Assembly: GCA_036172245.1 (NCBI GenBank)
Contig: JAYWIR010000012.1
Span: 2,852,001 to 2,916,000, forward strand
Reading direction: 5' to 3'
DNA length: 64,000 bases
Source of the DNA: Raillietiella orientalis
Taxonomy: Eukaryota
Shown: positions 27,418 to 39,699 of the stretch, piece after piece
How positions within the stretch are numbered: position 1 is the first letter of the stretch
How the letters are laid out: each line of letters begins with the position of its first letter
Program-made: the position numbers and the translations under genes
Notes under the pieces: generated by a model
Told to the model about the DNA's origin: nothing
Seen by the model: only the letters and a program-made list of their open reading frames with translations
Database searches by the model: none

Positions 27418-29144
27418 TTACTTCCTGTCTGGATTACAAGGTCCGTAGCTAACGAAGTAGATCTTGCCACCAGCAAGGCAAGAGTGGTAAAAGAGTTCGC
27501 ATCTGTTGGTGTAGCTCACGCCGTCGCTTCCGCAGACAGGAAGGGAATAAAATGGCAGGATCATATAGAAGAATTCATCTGAAAGGAACGTCGTCATGAG
27601 ACCCTCCGTCCCAGGAGGACCAGCCTCTTTCCTAAAGCTCCCTGCTTCCCTTACTCCCTCTTCCCACCGCTCCTTCGATGATAACTGATGATATTACCTT
27701 TGTTGCAGAGGAGAGGGCATGCGGTGGAAGTGGCAGTGCTTCCTGGCGCCTCGCTGGTTGCTCCTGTGGCCTCTTCGGTAGCCGTGATGCTTGTGGATGA
27801 GGAGACATCACCCTCCTCTTCGATGTTTTCGTTTTCTGACGTGTCTTCGGCAGCGCTGCTCACTTCCTGAAGACTATCGCTGGGGCTGTCGGTCTCTGAA
27901 ACGCCTTCTTCTTCGGCAGCACTCTCCGTAACACCTTCTCCCTCTTCTGCATTGCCTTCTGTATCACCTCCTTCTTCGGAGGCACCCTCCGTAGCACCTT
28001 CTTCTTCGACGGCACCGTCCGTGGAGATTCCTTCCTCTTCGGCAGGACCCTCTGTATCACCTCCTTCTTCTTCGGCAGGACCCTCTGTATCACCTCCTTC
28101 TTCTTCGGCAGGACCCTCTGTAGCACTTTCTTCATCTTCGTCGGGACCCTCTGTATCACCTCCTCCTTCTTCGGCAGGGCCCTCTGTAGCACTTTCTTCA
28201 TCTTCGTCGGGACCCTCTGTATCACCTCCTTCTTCTTCGGCCGGACCCTCTGTAGCACTTTCTTCATCTTCGTCGGGACCCTCTGTATCACCTCCTTCTT
28301 CTTCGGCAGGACCCTCTGTAGCACTTTCTTCATCTTCGGCAGGATCCTCTGTATCACCTCCTTCTTCTTCGGCAGGACCCTCTGTATCACCTCCTTCTTC
28401 TTCGGCAGGACCCTCTGTAGCACTTTCTTCATCTTCGTCGGGACCCTCTGTATCACCTCCTTCTTCTTCGGCAGGACCCTCTGTATCACCTCCTTCTTCT
28501 TCGGCAGGACCCTCTGTAGCACTTTCTTCATCTTCGTCGGGACCCTCTGTATCACCTCCTTCTTCTTCGGCAGGACCCTCTGTATCACCTCCTTCTTCTT
28601 CAGCAGGGCCCTCTGTAGCACTTCCTTCCTCTTCGGCAGGACCCTCTGTATCACCTCCTTCTTCTTCAGCAGGGCCCTCTGTAGCACTTCCTTCCTCTTC
28701 GGCAGGACCCTCTGTATCACCTCCTTCTTCGGCAAGACCCTCTGTAGCACCTTCTTCCTCTTCTGCATTGCCTTCTGTGGCACCTCCTTCTTCTTCGGCA
28801 GCACCTTCCGTGGTACCTTCTGCGCCTTCTCCATCATCCGTAGCGCTCTCTGTGACCTCTTCTCCTGCTACCACAGTGTCCTCAACGATTTCTCCTTCTT
28901 CAGCAGAAACGCCGACTTCTTCGGCGGAACTGTCCTCTGCGTCGTTGCTACCGGCAAAGAAGGGGGTTGCAGTCATCTGCAGCCGAACACACATTGGGAA
29001 TTCACCTCGCCTGCAGCACGGCTTCCCCCTCCTCTTCCCCTTCCTGTGGAGTGTCGCCCCTGTGGTCGCACTTGCTCACCTCCTCCCTGTAGTTGCTCCA
29101 TCCATAGTCGTACACGACCCTGTTCCCAGCGGGTTCGCCTCCGG
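27418..29144 (-). CDS. Acidic 11-aa repeat protein with C-terminal Kazal-type domain (5' end not resolved)
   Basis: Exon 28947-27698 (repeats) splices across GT-AG intron 27697-27579 to exon 27578-27418, giving CPLLCNKDEFFYMILPFYSLPVCGSDGVSYTNRCELFYHSCLAGGKIYFVSYGPCNPDRK* (six Cys, PVCGSDG.SY.N.C). In-phase upstream exons proposed at 29043-29006 and 29144-29080. Confidence 0.85.
27900..28830 (-). repeat. 33-bp coding minisatellite, ~27 units (EEEGGDTEGPA / EDEESATEGPA variants)
   Basis: Direct tandem units such as ccctctgtatcacctccttcttcttcggcagga; two unit types alternate in a higher-order pattern, homogeneous in the centre and diverged at the edges. Confidence 0.97.
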
Positions 29145-30565
29145 CTGCAAAGAGAGTGGAGTGCGACGGGGAGAGGGGCGTTCGGGCAATAAGTAAGGGA
29201 GCGGAGCGCCGCGCGCAGGTGGATGGGAACGGTCCGGGGAAGCAAACCTTCCCCTTCCTCCCTTCTTCTCCCACTCCCATTTCTCACTTCTTACACCGTT
29301 CCTGTGACGCGCTCGAGGGCACCCGAAGGTCTGCCGAAGGACGGGATTCCTGGTGGTCCTCGTCCATCCGGGCGCTTCGGCAACGTACGGCCTCCCTGCT
29401 TGAAGGCGGAGGAGGGAGGAAGGAATCTGGGACGCGTTCCGTCGCGTCCGAGGGGTCCACTTGTGCCTTCGAGTGGACGCCCTCAGAAAGCGCGAAGGCG
29501 TTGGCCGAAAGAGAGGGTGGAGCGGAGGAGGATGCTGTTTCCTTGGGAACCCCCTTCTCTATGGCGACAGGAGGACTCTCACCTGGAGAGCTACCGGTGC
29601 GAGGGGAACACCCCGTTTGCGTGGGGAAAGAGAGGCCACTTCGGAAGGGACGGGAGCCAGCCCGAACCTCTACCCTGCAAGGGCACCCAAGGGAGGAGCG
29701 GACGACGCGGTCAGGAGGGGTCAAGGACGTGAAGCCCTTTACCGTCTTCCCTCTGCTCTCGAGAATGAGAACGAGGGGAGCGAAGTAGGGCGAGGTGATC
29801 TGGGAGAAGGCGGTAGGTTCTGAACAGCAAGGGATGCAGCACTGCTAAGCGGAGGCGAGGGTCCGATGTGCTTTTGTCCTCTTCGTCGAGAAAGCGCAGG
29901 GGGGATAGGGGAGGCGCGTCAGGACCTGGCGCGCGCCTCTGGGCAAGAGCAGGTCCGACCTCCTCGGGAACCCTCACGAGACGGGGAGGGCAGATGACAG
30001 TTCGCCCCTTGCTTCCTCCTCCGTCCCTCCAGGAGGTCCAGGAAGCATCTCCTCCCAAGGAGAAACCGCAGGGCGACCAGGAAAACGTGCAGGAGGATCC
30101 GAGACTCCCTCTTTCCCCGGTAGGGAACGAATATCTCTCGCCAGCACACTCGTGCGGGACGCATCGGGGCGTGCGGCCCCCGTCTCAATGCAGTCCTCGG
30201 AGAATCTGAGGCAGGGGCGTGCGGCGAGGAGCCCGCAATGGAAAGCGTCTCCGGAACCTCCTGTCACCAGAGGGGTAAAGGAAGAGGAGGAAGGAATGAC
30301 CGAGCTCCCCGCTCGGGTGTCGTTGCCACCACGGGATTCGGTAGGAATCCATCGAGATTCCCGGAATCTGGGGGATGTGGATGGAAGAAAGGAAGTAGTT
30401 CAGGGAAAAGGGATAGCACGAGCTTCCGCTTTCCCCTTCTGAGCAACCTTCGTGTGGGAGGAGCCCGTCGTCTTTTTAGAGAGGCCGCAGCGGATCTTCA
30501 AGTCCGTGATGGGCCCAACGACCTCAGGAAAGCAAATGGAATTAAGAAGGTTTACATCAACCAAA

Positions 30566-30703
30566 GTGAGAGATGTATGGAGAGAGGCTGTGAATATTGA
30601 GATAGGTGAAGAGAAAGGTGGACAGAGATGTGGTGAGAGAGGCAGTGAGAGAGATGTGATGAGGGAGGTGGAGAGAGATGTGGTGAAAGGAGTGATGAAA
30701 GAG
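30566..30703. repeat. Degenerate purine-rich tandem repeat (gagagatgtg-containing units)
   Basis: Repeated gagagatgt(g/a) cores spaced in multiples of ~12 nt. Confidence 0.6.
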
Positions 30704-31489
30704 TCCCAATTGAAACTCACGAGTTTACGAAAAGTCCCAGGCAGCCGATACCCAGCCATGCAGCGGGACTCGACTGCCTCGGAGGTTGCCGGAGCATCTC
30801 CGACGAAATCTCTTCTGCACTGAGCTCGGTTCGCTTGGAGAGTAACGGCGATGGGGAGACGAGGAAGAGGCTCGGTATCGGGGGAGTGGAGCTGTTGTTC
30901 TAGGAGTCTTCCGGAAACCCGATGTCCTCCGATACGAATCCCATCAGGAGAGTCCACCCTAACACGTCCCAATGGAAGTTAGTAGGGATGAAAATGATCA
31001 GATACGAGGAGGGGCTAGGTGGGAGAGAGAGATAAGGATGGAAGATCAATGGCCGTATCGGATGCGGGTCCTAGGATGCTAATCCTCCTTCATTCCTCGG
31101 CAAAGAGAGGACTCGCGCGAGAAGATAGAAGGGGAAAAGAAGCGAAGAAGAGGGGCAAGGAGACCTCGACAATGGAAAGCGCTAAGGACGTCAGCGTCCA
31201 CGTGGATGTCCTCTGGCCGGCGGACACTCGCTCGCTCTCTGCCAGCAAACTTCGACCGCGGTTCGAGCGTGTGCCAGACCGGCCTGAACGGGTCGATGGA
31301 GGGGAGGATGCGACCTTTCCGGGTTTGCTCACGGCAAGAAGGTCAGTCTCTCCCTTTGGCCCCCTCTCGTGCGTCCACCGTACCGGAGGGAAGCCCGGTT
31401 CCTCCTTCTCCGGACGTTTCCTACCGCCCCGTTCGGAAAAAAGAGGGGAGCAGCCCCGCCCTGTTCCTCCCACCCTCGATCTCACACTT

Positions 31490-32290
31490 TTCTTCCTTGA
31501 AATGGAAACAAGATGTGCTGCTGTTTTTACACTGGGGTCTTCACTGTAATCGGCTGCGAAGCATCGTTCCCGGGGGAGCTGCTTCGCCAAACTGTTTGAG
31601 GTGCGGAGAGATCGAGTCTTTTCCGCACCTCTTGCTGGACTGCGGTGACCTCCGTGAACTGTGACGAAGGCTGATTTCAGCCATCATGCCGCAGGGAGGC
31701 CCTGCCATTGATGTGCTGCGGCGCTTCTTCAGCAGGAATGGACTTTCGGTAGGCGTGATTGTCGCAACCATGTGTTGCATTCGGGCCATCGTGAAGGCCC
31801 GCTACGCCCTGGAGTAGTCAGCGCAGCGAAGGGAGGCTCACCTGCTTGCAGCCGTATCTATGAAGAAGGCTGCGAAGTGGTCTCATCTTCGTGACGAGGT
31901 GAAAGAGGACATCGCCGGCATCCAGCGCCGGTTTACAGACTCTTAAGAACGGCGTACTCCGGTCATCCTTGTGACCTCTCGCCCACCCATATCCCATCCC
32001 CGTTCGCTCTGTTGCATTCCCGGTGCTGGTACTTATATCCTAATGCCTTCCGGAGCGATCCCAAAGACCCTTGATCCGGCCCACCCTCATTCACTGTTTT
32101 TTTTTTTGTTTTTGTTTGTTTGTTTTCCTCGATCCCACACACCGTTCCGAACTTGTTATTCTGGCCTGCGTGCCAGGAGAATTCTCTCGATTTTTGTCGA
32201 GTCATCGGTTGGGAACCTAGTTCCCAACTGGTTTGTTTTGTATAATTTTCTTTAACTTATATGGAATAAACGCCCCGGCGTGACCGGGTG
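31490..32290 (+). mobile_element. Non-LTR retrotransposon 3' end remnant (zf-RVT-like zinc finger + 3'UTR)
   Basis: LLFLHWGLHCNRLR...PNCLRCGEIESFPHLLLDC (C..C...E...H....C), T-rich 3'UTR, AATAAA at 32265. Confidence 0.75.
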
Positions 32291-32759
32291 AGAAATCTCG
32301 CACTTCTCCAGGCGCCGCTCTGTGCGCGGTCAGAGCTTCCGATGATGATTGCCAGAGATCGTCAGGAGTTTTGTGGATCGGGAGCGGCCACCCCACCGAT
32401 CCGCAGGTGCCCTGCGTGGCTCGACCCCTATGCGTTCCCTGGAAAACGTCTTCTCCATCGGGGTCAGCCTTTGCAGCGGTTCCGCAAAAGAAAAGACCGG
32501 AGGCGGCTTCCTACGAAGGAACGTTTTCCTCCCCCATTCAAGTCAACGGTCTTTTCGGGGTCAGGTCTGCCCCCTATTCCCTTTTCCCCTATGCTATCCT
32601 TACTCCCAAAAAACTGCGCTAGGTGGTGTCCTTCCTTGTTTTCTGGAGATTGGTCCTGCGCCTCTGGCTAGCCGCAATCCTCCTCCAGGGCGCCACGTTG
32701 CCATTACAAAACCGAAATCTCCATATCCCTTCTTTTCGTTTTTCTTAGCGCATGGGAGG

Positions 32760-35700
32760 GTCCGCCGCCCAATAGACAGTCAGGGTTGAGGCGGCAAGCG
32801 AAGACGATTCGCGCGCACCCCTCAGCACCTTGACCCGCGCAGTCAGATCGCATGACGACGAATGCCTGCCTGATCCGATCGCCGGAAGAGGGAGGAGTCC
32901 CTTCTGGAGGCGTCCTTGTGGGTGAAGACCGGAAACCCTCGGATGCCCCCGCTGACTGGCCGGGATTGAGAGTTGACCCTCCAGGGTCCTTCCAGGAATC
33001 AAGGGGCCCTTCGGGGTTCCACTCCGGTTGCGAAAATCGACCCTATCTCTATCCTTCGGGGGGATCCTTCATCGCGTTCCATGGAGCTGGTTGGTGCCTC
33101 TCCTGAGTTTAAGGAAGGGACAATCTCCGTTGGAGAGCAGCCCTTCAGAGAAAATCGGGAAGCATCCCTTCGGAGTTCTCTTCAGAGGAGGAAAACAGGA
33201 TCAGTTCCCTTGCGGGTTCCCTCTGGAGAAGGAAATCCCGGAGAGGATCCTTTCTTGGTTCCCTTCGGAGAAGAAACCAGAAGCGTCCCCTCCAGGGGTC
33301 CATCCGGAGGGAATAAGGAAGAGGTTCTCTTCGAGGTTCCCTCCCAAGCGTAAGTGGCACGGACTCCTCCCTCCGAAGCCTTCATGGATTCAAGAGGCGG
33401 TCCTTCTGGGGTTCCCTCTAACTTGGGGAGAATGACACCCTCGGGTGGCGTGGGCAGAGTTCAAAAGCTTCGTGAGCCCTCCCTAGGAGGCTAACTGTCC
33501 TTCAGCGCTCCTTGAGAACCAAAAAAAGGGGAGGGGAGAGAGGAGGAAAGTTGGAAAGCAGAACACAAACCACCATACTAGACCAGAAGTCAGGATCATC
33601 CCATGAGGTCGCTACTGACCTTAAAGAAGAAGAACAAAAAGGAACTCTTCGAGGCCTGCAGAAGAACCTCAGGGGCGAAAGGAAGAACGCCAGAGTGTGC
33701 CTCCCATCCTTGGTTCCTTCCAATTCCGATCGCTTCCTCCGCTTCAGGGGGAGATGAGCGTGTGGAGCTCCTGCAACGGGTGGTTTCCAGGTGGGCCTCC
33801 CAATGCCTTGCGCCGAGACACCCTGCGTCGGATTCGATCCCGGATCCGAAGCAGGGAACCGGGGAGCGATGCAGGCGCAGAAGCGAACTCGCACCACGGC
33901 TGCCCGCGACGTATGTCGCCGTCAGCCCACCCCATCCCATCTCTCCCCCCTTTCGCTGTTTCAAGACCCACCTACGATTCACCATGCGCGCACCGAGTTT
34001 CCCCGAGCAGTGAGACCTCGAGCACGGGCTCGCTGTCCTTCCGAGTGGAAAAGGACTGGGCGGAGGCATCGGAAGGCGGTCGGTGGAGGGCTGGCCGAGC
34101 ATAACGGCCGATCGGGGATGCAGCCGGAAACCGGACCGGAGAGGCTTTCGTGCTGCAGCCCGGATACAGGTCAGTCGGATGGCCTTGGAGAACGGGAGCT
34201 CTTCAGAGGTGTCCCTCTCCTGGCTGGAAACCAGCCGCCTACCCGCTCGAGAGCGGCGGGAAAGAAATAGCTCTCCTCGGGGACGAAGGAGGGGGAGAGC
34301 AAAGGGAAAGGGAAAGGCGATATCCATGGTCACATTAGACTTTCAAAAAGCCACGTTCGTCCTCGGCCCTGTTTCGTACTCCGGGCTAAAAGGAGGAACT
34401 GATAATGCGGTCAGTGATTTGCGTAATGGTGACCACTCTCCGAGAAGGCAGGGGTTTGGCATAGAGGACAATAGCGAATGCCGAGCGGACGGTCGCGGGT
34501 TCCAGTCCCGGCGTCCGAGAAAAGTTGTCGACTATCACCAATGCTTTCGCGTGGTTCAAGGTCGAAAAGCGAGAGCGCAGCTTGGCACAGTGGCAAAAGC
34601 ACCATGCTGAAAAGAAAGGGGAGGCGAGTGCCCATCACCACCTCACGACCCCCTGACACCTCACGCAGCATTTCCCCTCGCTCTCAAACACCCCTCTTAT
34701 ACACCTGGACCTTCCCTCAGCAGCGGCGGTGCCCACGGTCCGAACCACGCGAAGCGGTGAAAAAATACCGCTGCAGGTGATGCAGGATGGAGGTCGCGAT
34801 CTTAAGAATTTGGGCGCAACCCTCAAATTCCTTCCGGTGTGGGGTGGGTTGATCTTTCGGGAAGGAAGCGCGAGCTACCACTTGGTGGTTGGTCTCCAGT
34901 CTGTCTCAAGTTTTTTCATGGCTTTCCGGTTTGGTTTTCTCATACCCCCTATCCCGTTGGCATTTTCTCATTTCTTTGTCCATCTTCAGAGACAGAGTTC
35001 TGGTTTTCTCTACTCCTCTACGTATCTTCATCCCTTGTTGCGGTTCAGTTCATCCAGAGACTGTGATCTCTGGAGCAGTTCCGATTTCCACCTAGTTTCT
35101 AAACCACATCTCTCCTCCTCCTCACCTTTCCTGGTTCGATGTTCTTGAGCAGATCCAGCCTTTGGTCCGACTCTTCATCCTTCTCCCTCTTTCCCCCCAA
35201 GAGCTCACCTGAAGAAGGGTAGATCCGCGTTTTCTCTCAGCTTCCCCCGGGTTCGAGAGGGGGATTCGCAGGGGGATTCGTTCGCAGCTTTTCGGTCTGG
35301 ACCCTGGCGAGGGCCTTTCACAGGCTGCGGAACCCTGGTTGGCGAGAAGCCTCACAGCCGAAAGCCCGGAGTCTCTCCTTCTCAGGAACAGATCCTCACA
35401 GGCCTCCGTATGAGAGGGCCTGCCCTCGAGCGACCCCTCGCGGAGGTGAGAGAGCACTGGACCCGGAGAAGTCGAGCTCACCACGGTGGGTCTTCCACTC
35501 CTTTTCCCGTCCCCCTCTCCCGTTTCGATGATCCCTGGCGCGAACCCATTCTTCTGGTCCCAGGGTGGCCTTGGAGCACACACCGCCGTTTCCCGGTTCC
35601 TCCTTCGTCGCTGCTTCCACTGCAGCAGCGCTGCTCCCCTGATCGAGCGCGGCCAGGGCGCATGCACCGCTCGCATTTCGCCGGAGTGCCACCGAAGACT

Positions 35701-37400
35701 CGGAGCTGGGTTCTACCCTGGAGCGTTTTCCGGGACAAAGAACAGGCTTTCTCTTTCGGGATTGCGAACAATGCTCGAAGAACGAACGTCCCTGAAATTC
35801 CGGTGCGGCGCCGTGGAGAGAGGCCCTCTCCGCACTCCCAGTTTCGCTTTCCCGGTACGACCTCTGCCGTGGGTCGCCCTCGTGGAAGGAGAACTTCCTC
35901 AGAATCTCGAAATGAAACCTCCAGAAACAGCACTACGAACACGTCGCGTCCTCTTGGGTGAACCGTCCAGATGCGACCTCCCTTCCTTCCTCGGTCTCTC
36001 GATCGTGCCCCCTCTGCCAACAGCGGCATGCATGGACTTCGACTGGTCCCACCCAGAAGCTGAACGATTTCTGTTGCCCCCCTTTCCCCCTAACGAGGTC
36101 TCGTTCCAGAATCAAGCACCGTTTCCTTCTTCCCGGAGCCTCTTCTCCCCTCACCTTCCTCCGTGGTTCTCTGGGCGGCAGCCGATGCTTCAGAATGTTG
36201 AAACCCCCACACCCCAAAGATCTGTGAAGAACGCGGATAGAGAAGGACGAGGAGGAGGAACTGATCTCAACAATGAGTTCGCCAGTCCAAGATGCCCCTG
36301 TTGACCATCCCGTTTCGTGTTTTCTCTTTTGCTCTCGCATCTGCCTCCGGAAGTGATGCGCATCTTGCTCCGCAGGAGCGCTGCCATCGGAACCTCTCCC
36401 TCTCCCATCTCGAGGCGTGAGAGAGAACATCGGATCTCGTTCGGCTTCTCCTGAGCAGAGGAGGCGGCCATACGCTAGTGGCCCCGAGCGCCCCTCTCCC
36501 AGGGAAGGAGTGGCGGCTCGGAACCGAGAGGGTCTTTGCCCGCCAGCACCATACTGCCGACTCCCTGATTTCGCTTCGTCCGCGCCCCTCTTAAGCCCTC
36601 GATGTCTCCTGTCCGTTCACTCACTCGCGGCGAGGACATCAACTCCGAAGGTTCTTCTCTGAGCCTCGCGCCCTCGTTCACGTTCCCTCGGGGAGACAGT
36701 GAGGAGGGACGAGAAGATGATCGCCGCTCGAGATTGCTCGCTTCCTACGAGAGGCGCACACCGTTCTCTTTTGCAGTGAAAGATTTCGCTCGTTCCCCTC
36801 GGTCGAAGCGCTGCTTCCTCGAAGCACAGAAACGTCCCCAAAAGGGGCGAGAGGCAGGAAGAGGGGAGGGGACGCTGGTGGTGGCCGGAAGGACGACTTG
36901 AACTTCGACTCGCAAGGTGGAAGGGAAGAAATTGCTCAAAGGACGTTCGGGACCGACCTCGGACGAACATGGGAAAGGAATTGGCGCCCTCCCTTTCTCG
37001 TCAACCGACCCTCCTATCGAAGGTGGCAGGAAATCCCAAACTTTCCCGGAGGTGATCCTTCGAGAGTGCGGCCGTCGAAGATGAAGGAGGGTGTGGGAGG
37101 AAAGGCGGCAACAACGAAGCGGAAAAACGCCCATGGTCCCCCTCCCCCCTTTTCGCGTGAACTCTTTTCGCTCCCCGAGGAAGCTCTCTGCGAGTGCTGT
37201 CCTCCGGCGCTCGCCTGCTCCCACAGAGGGAACCCCTACCTGGCAAGTAGTACGCCGCCGCCACGGAAAGCATCGGAAGCACCAGCAGAAGTGTTCTCAT
37301 CATCGTTCCTTTCTCTATTCGAAGGGGGCTGCCTCTCTCTGTCTTCCCTGGAGGGGCGAGTCAGCTGCCTTGACGGGTAAGCGTCTCTTCCGCGAAGGAG
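32760..37400 (-). mobile_element. Decayed non-LTR retrotransposon (endonuclease/RT region to repeat block)
   Basis: Minus strand in order: RPSPGS (KSPG.DG-like, ~35300), EVSGGREVVMGTRLPFLFSMVLLPLC (GVRQGCPLSPLLF-like, ~34600), then the LRREPRR/SEENSEG block at 33360-32940. Boundaries approximate. Confidence 0.6.
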
Positions 37401-37749
37401 TGTAAAGATTTCCCTGAGTCCAACGGAGGTTCCTCCACCTCTTGGAGCCGCACTGAGGGGTTGCCAGCGCACTTCTTGAGCGCGGTTCCAAAAGAATCTG
37501 CATGCATATGAATTCATAGATACGCTTATCCGTTTCGAAAGCTAGTTCAGCGCTGTCTCCGATTGCTTATGGTAATCCGTCTCGGACTGATATCTCCCAA
37601 ATACCATTAGACGACGGCGTGTTTTCTCGGAAGGAGATAACTGACGCACGCCGCGTCTTTCGAAAGAGAGCTGTCCTTCCGCGAGGACCGCCGAAGAGGC
37701 CCGAGTAAACATCCTCCGCTCTGAGTATCTTCTTCCTTCACCCCTCGTT

Positions 37750-39432
37750 GGCACGAGGCGCTGCCCTGCGACGGTCGACGTCTCGTTTCTCCTCGCAGGT
37801 GACTCTGGCTTCGTCTGCGAGACCGTAGGAAGATAAGGGATCTTGCCCTTTGCGGAGGAGGGGGACCCGTCAGAGGTTCAGGAAACAGAAAGGGAAACCC
37901 CCCCTTGGGATTCTCTTCTTTCATTTTTTAGTTCTCGAGCTACTCAAGAACTTCCTCAGGGAGGCTAACGAAGCTCTTCAACGCTGTCCACGCCACCCGA
38001 GGGTGCTCGCAACTCTTCAAGTTACATGGGCACTACGAGAGGTGACCACCCTCTGAATTTGACCTTTGTTCCGGAGAAAGGAGTCCGTTCCTTCCTTTCT
38101 CTTCGGAGGGAACCCAGAAGAAATCCCTTTCCTTATTTCCTTCAGAGGTTCCCCGGAAAGGGCCATTCTTCGTTTCTTCTCCGGAAGGAACCAGGAAAGA
38201 GATCTCTCCTTGTTTCCTCCTCTGAAGAGAACCCTGAAGGGATGCCTCCCCATTTCTCTGGAAGGCGCCTCCCCAAAGCGAGCAGCGAGCTTCTTAGCCC
38301 TCTGGCGAGATATCAATTAGCTCCATAGAACGTGGTGGAGGGTTCTTCCTGAGGGGACGACGACTGAGTCTTCACAGCCGGAGGGGAACCCCGAAGGGAA
38401 GCAACTCCTTGATTCCTGGAAGGACACCTCGGAGGGTCAACTTCCGATTCCAGCCACTCAGAGGAATATCTGGAGAGTTTCCAGCTTCCATCAGTGCCTC
38501 TGTCCTCTCTTAGAAAATACATGGGCAGCCGCCTTACGGTTAGATGGGAGGTCACTGTGGAAATCTCCAGAAGAAGGAAAGGACTGGGCGAGTGGACGAT
38601 GGGACAGCTCACTGGCGCTGCGACCCCGATTGCTCGGCCGCATGGACTTTTGCGCTGGGGAGTGCCACTGGATATTTCGGAGGAAGACCTGCAGTGGCCC
38701 CCGGCGCTCATGAACACTCGCACCCTCTCCTTAAAGTGTCGGCGGTCGGCGGTGATGCTGCTGCACTGGGGCCTCCCGTGCAACGGCCACCGGCATCTGT
38801 GGACACAGGTGGATGGATGGGTAGACTCGAACTGTGCCAGTCACAGGGAGCGAGAATCCCTTCCGCACGTCTTAGTAGACTGTGCTGCCATCCGACCCCT
38901 TTGGGACGCTTTGCCGCGACCCTTGGAATCCCCGGAGGCAATGTTCGAGACGTTGTAAAGCGCCTCTTCCTGCGCGACTCCCTCATGCCGGGCGCATCCT
39001 TTGCAACACTTTGTTGCCTACGTCTCTTCATGGCTGGGATCGTGACTGCCTAAAGCAGCAACGCCAGAGAGGGCCAGAACAACAGGGACGACATCTATCT
39101 TGCCGTACTCTTCATAAGGACAGAGTCAAGAGCTCCACATCCGGGAACCATAAAACAGGAACTTTCCGGGATCCTTAGAAGAATGAAGAGGACTCCTTCC
39201 AGCACACGGTGATTCCTTCCCGAATCCCCCATTTTTTTGACTATATTTTCTATTTTATTTTTCTCTTTTTGTTTGTCCTTCCTTCCCCTGTGCTTCCGAG
39301 GCGAACTCCGCTGGCCCACATGCCGGTTCCCTGCAGGTTCCTTCTCGTAGTTGCAAGTAACGTGGCTGGATCAAGCGTCCTGCCACAGACGTGTGTGTTT
39401 ATTTTATAAATAAATGCCTCAGCGTGACCGGG
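37750..39432 (+). mobile_element. Non-LTR retrotransposon 3' remnant
   Basis: LRREPRR/SEENPEG block, then LLHWGLPCNGHRHLW...NCASHRERESLPHVLVDCAAIRPLW (zf-RVT-like), T-rich 3'UTR and AATAAA at 39409. Confidence 0.75.
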
Positions 39433-39699
39433 TCAACCATTGCCGCTTCACCCGAATAGGCCAACGAGTGTCATCTTGAGAGACTCGAAACCTGCAACAT
39501 CCCCCCGTTCTCGTAGTCGAAGTCGGATTCGAATTCATGACGCTTGGCTCGACGCGCGGAGGTCGCAGCCACAAGACGGTCAACGCGGGCCAGCTATTCC
39601 ACGGAAAGCAGATCGCGGTGCAAGAGCAAAGATTCCGTTGGCAAGGATGATCCAGACAGAACAACACGGAAGAGGGGAACCGTAGATCTTCCACCTGGA

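Noticed and set aside
27900..28830. 33-bp repeats as a CRISPR array
   Set aside because: Units are directly adjacent with no unique spacers, are coding, and no cas genes are present in this eukaryotic DNA.
27860..29196. 325-aa basic KKKEVIQRVLP ORF (-) and 414-aa PSVSPPSSSAG ORF (+) overlapping the acidic repeat
   Set aside because: Alternative frames of a stop-free 33-bp unit; only the acidic frame splices in phase to the Kazal exon.
29284..31200. Possible further upstream exons of the Kazal gene (for example donor GTAAGA near 29292)
   Set aside because: Phase-compatible but no signal peptide or homology to anchor them; left unresolved.
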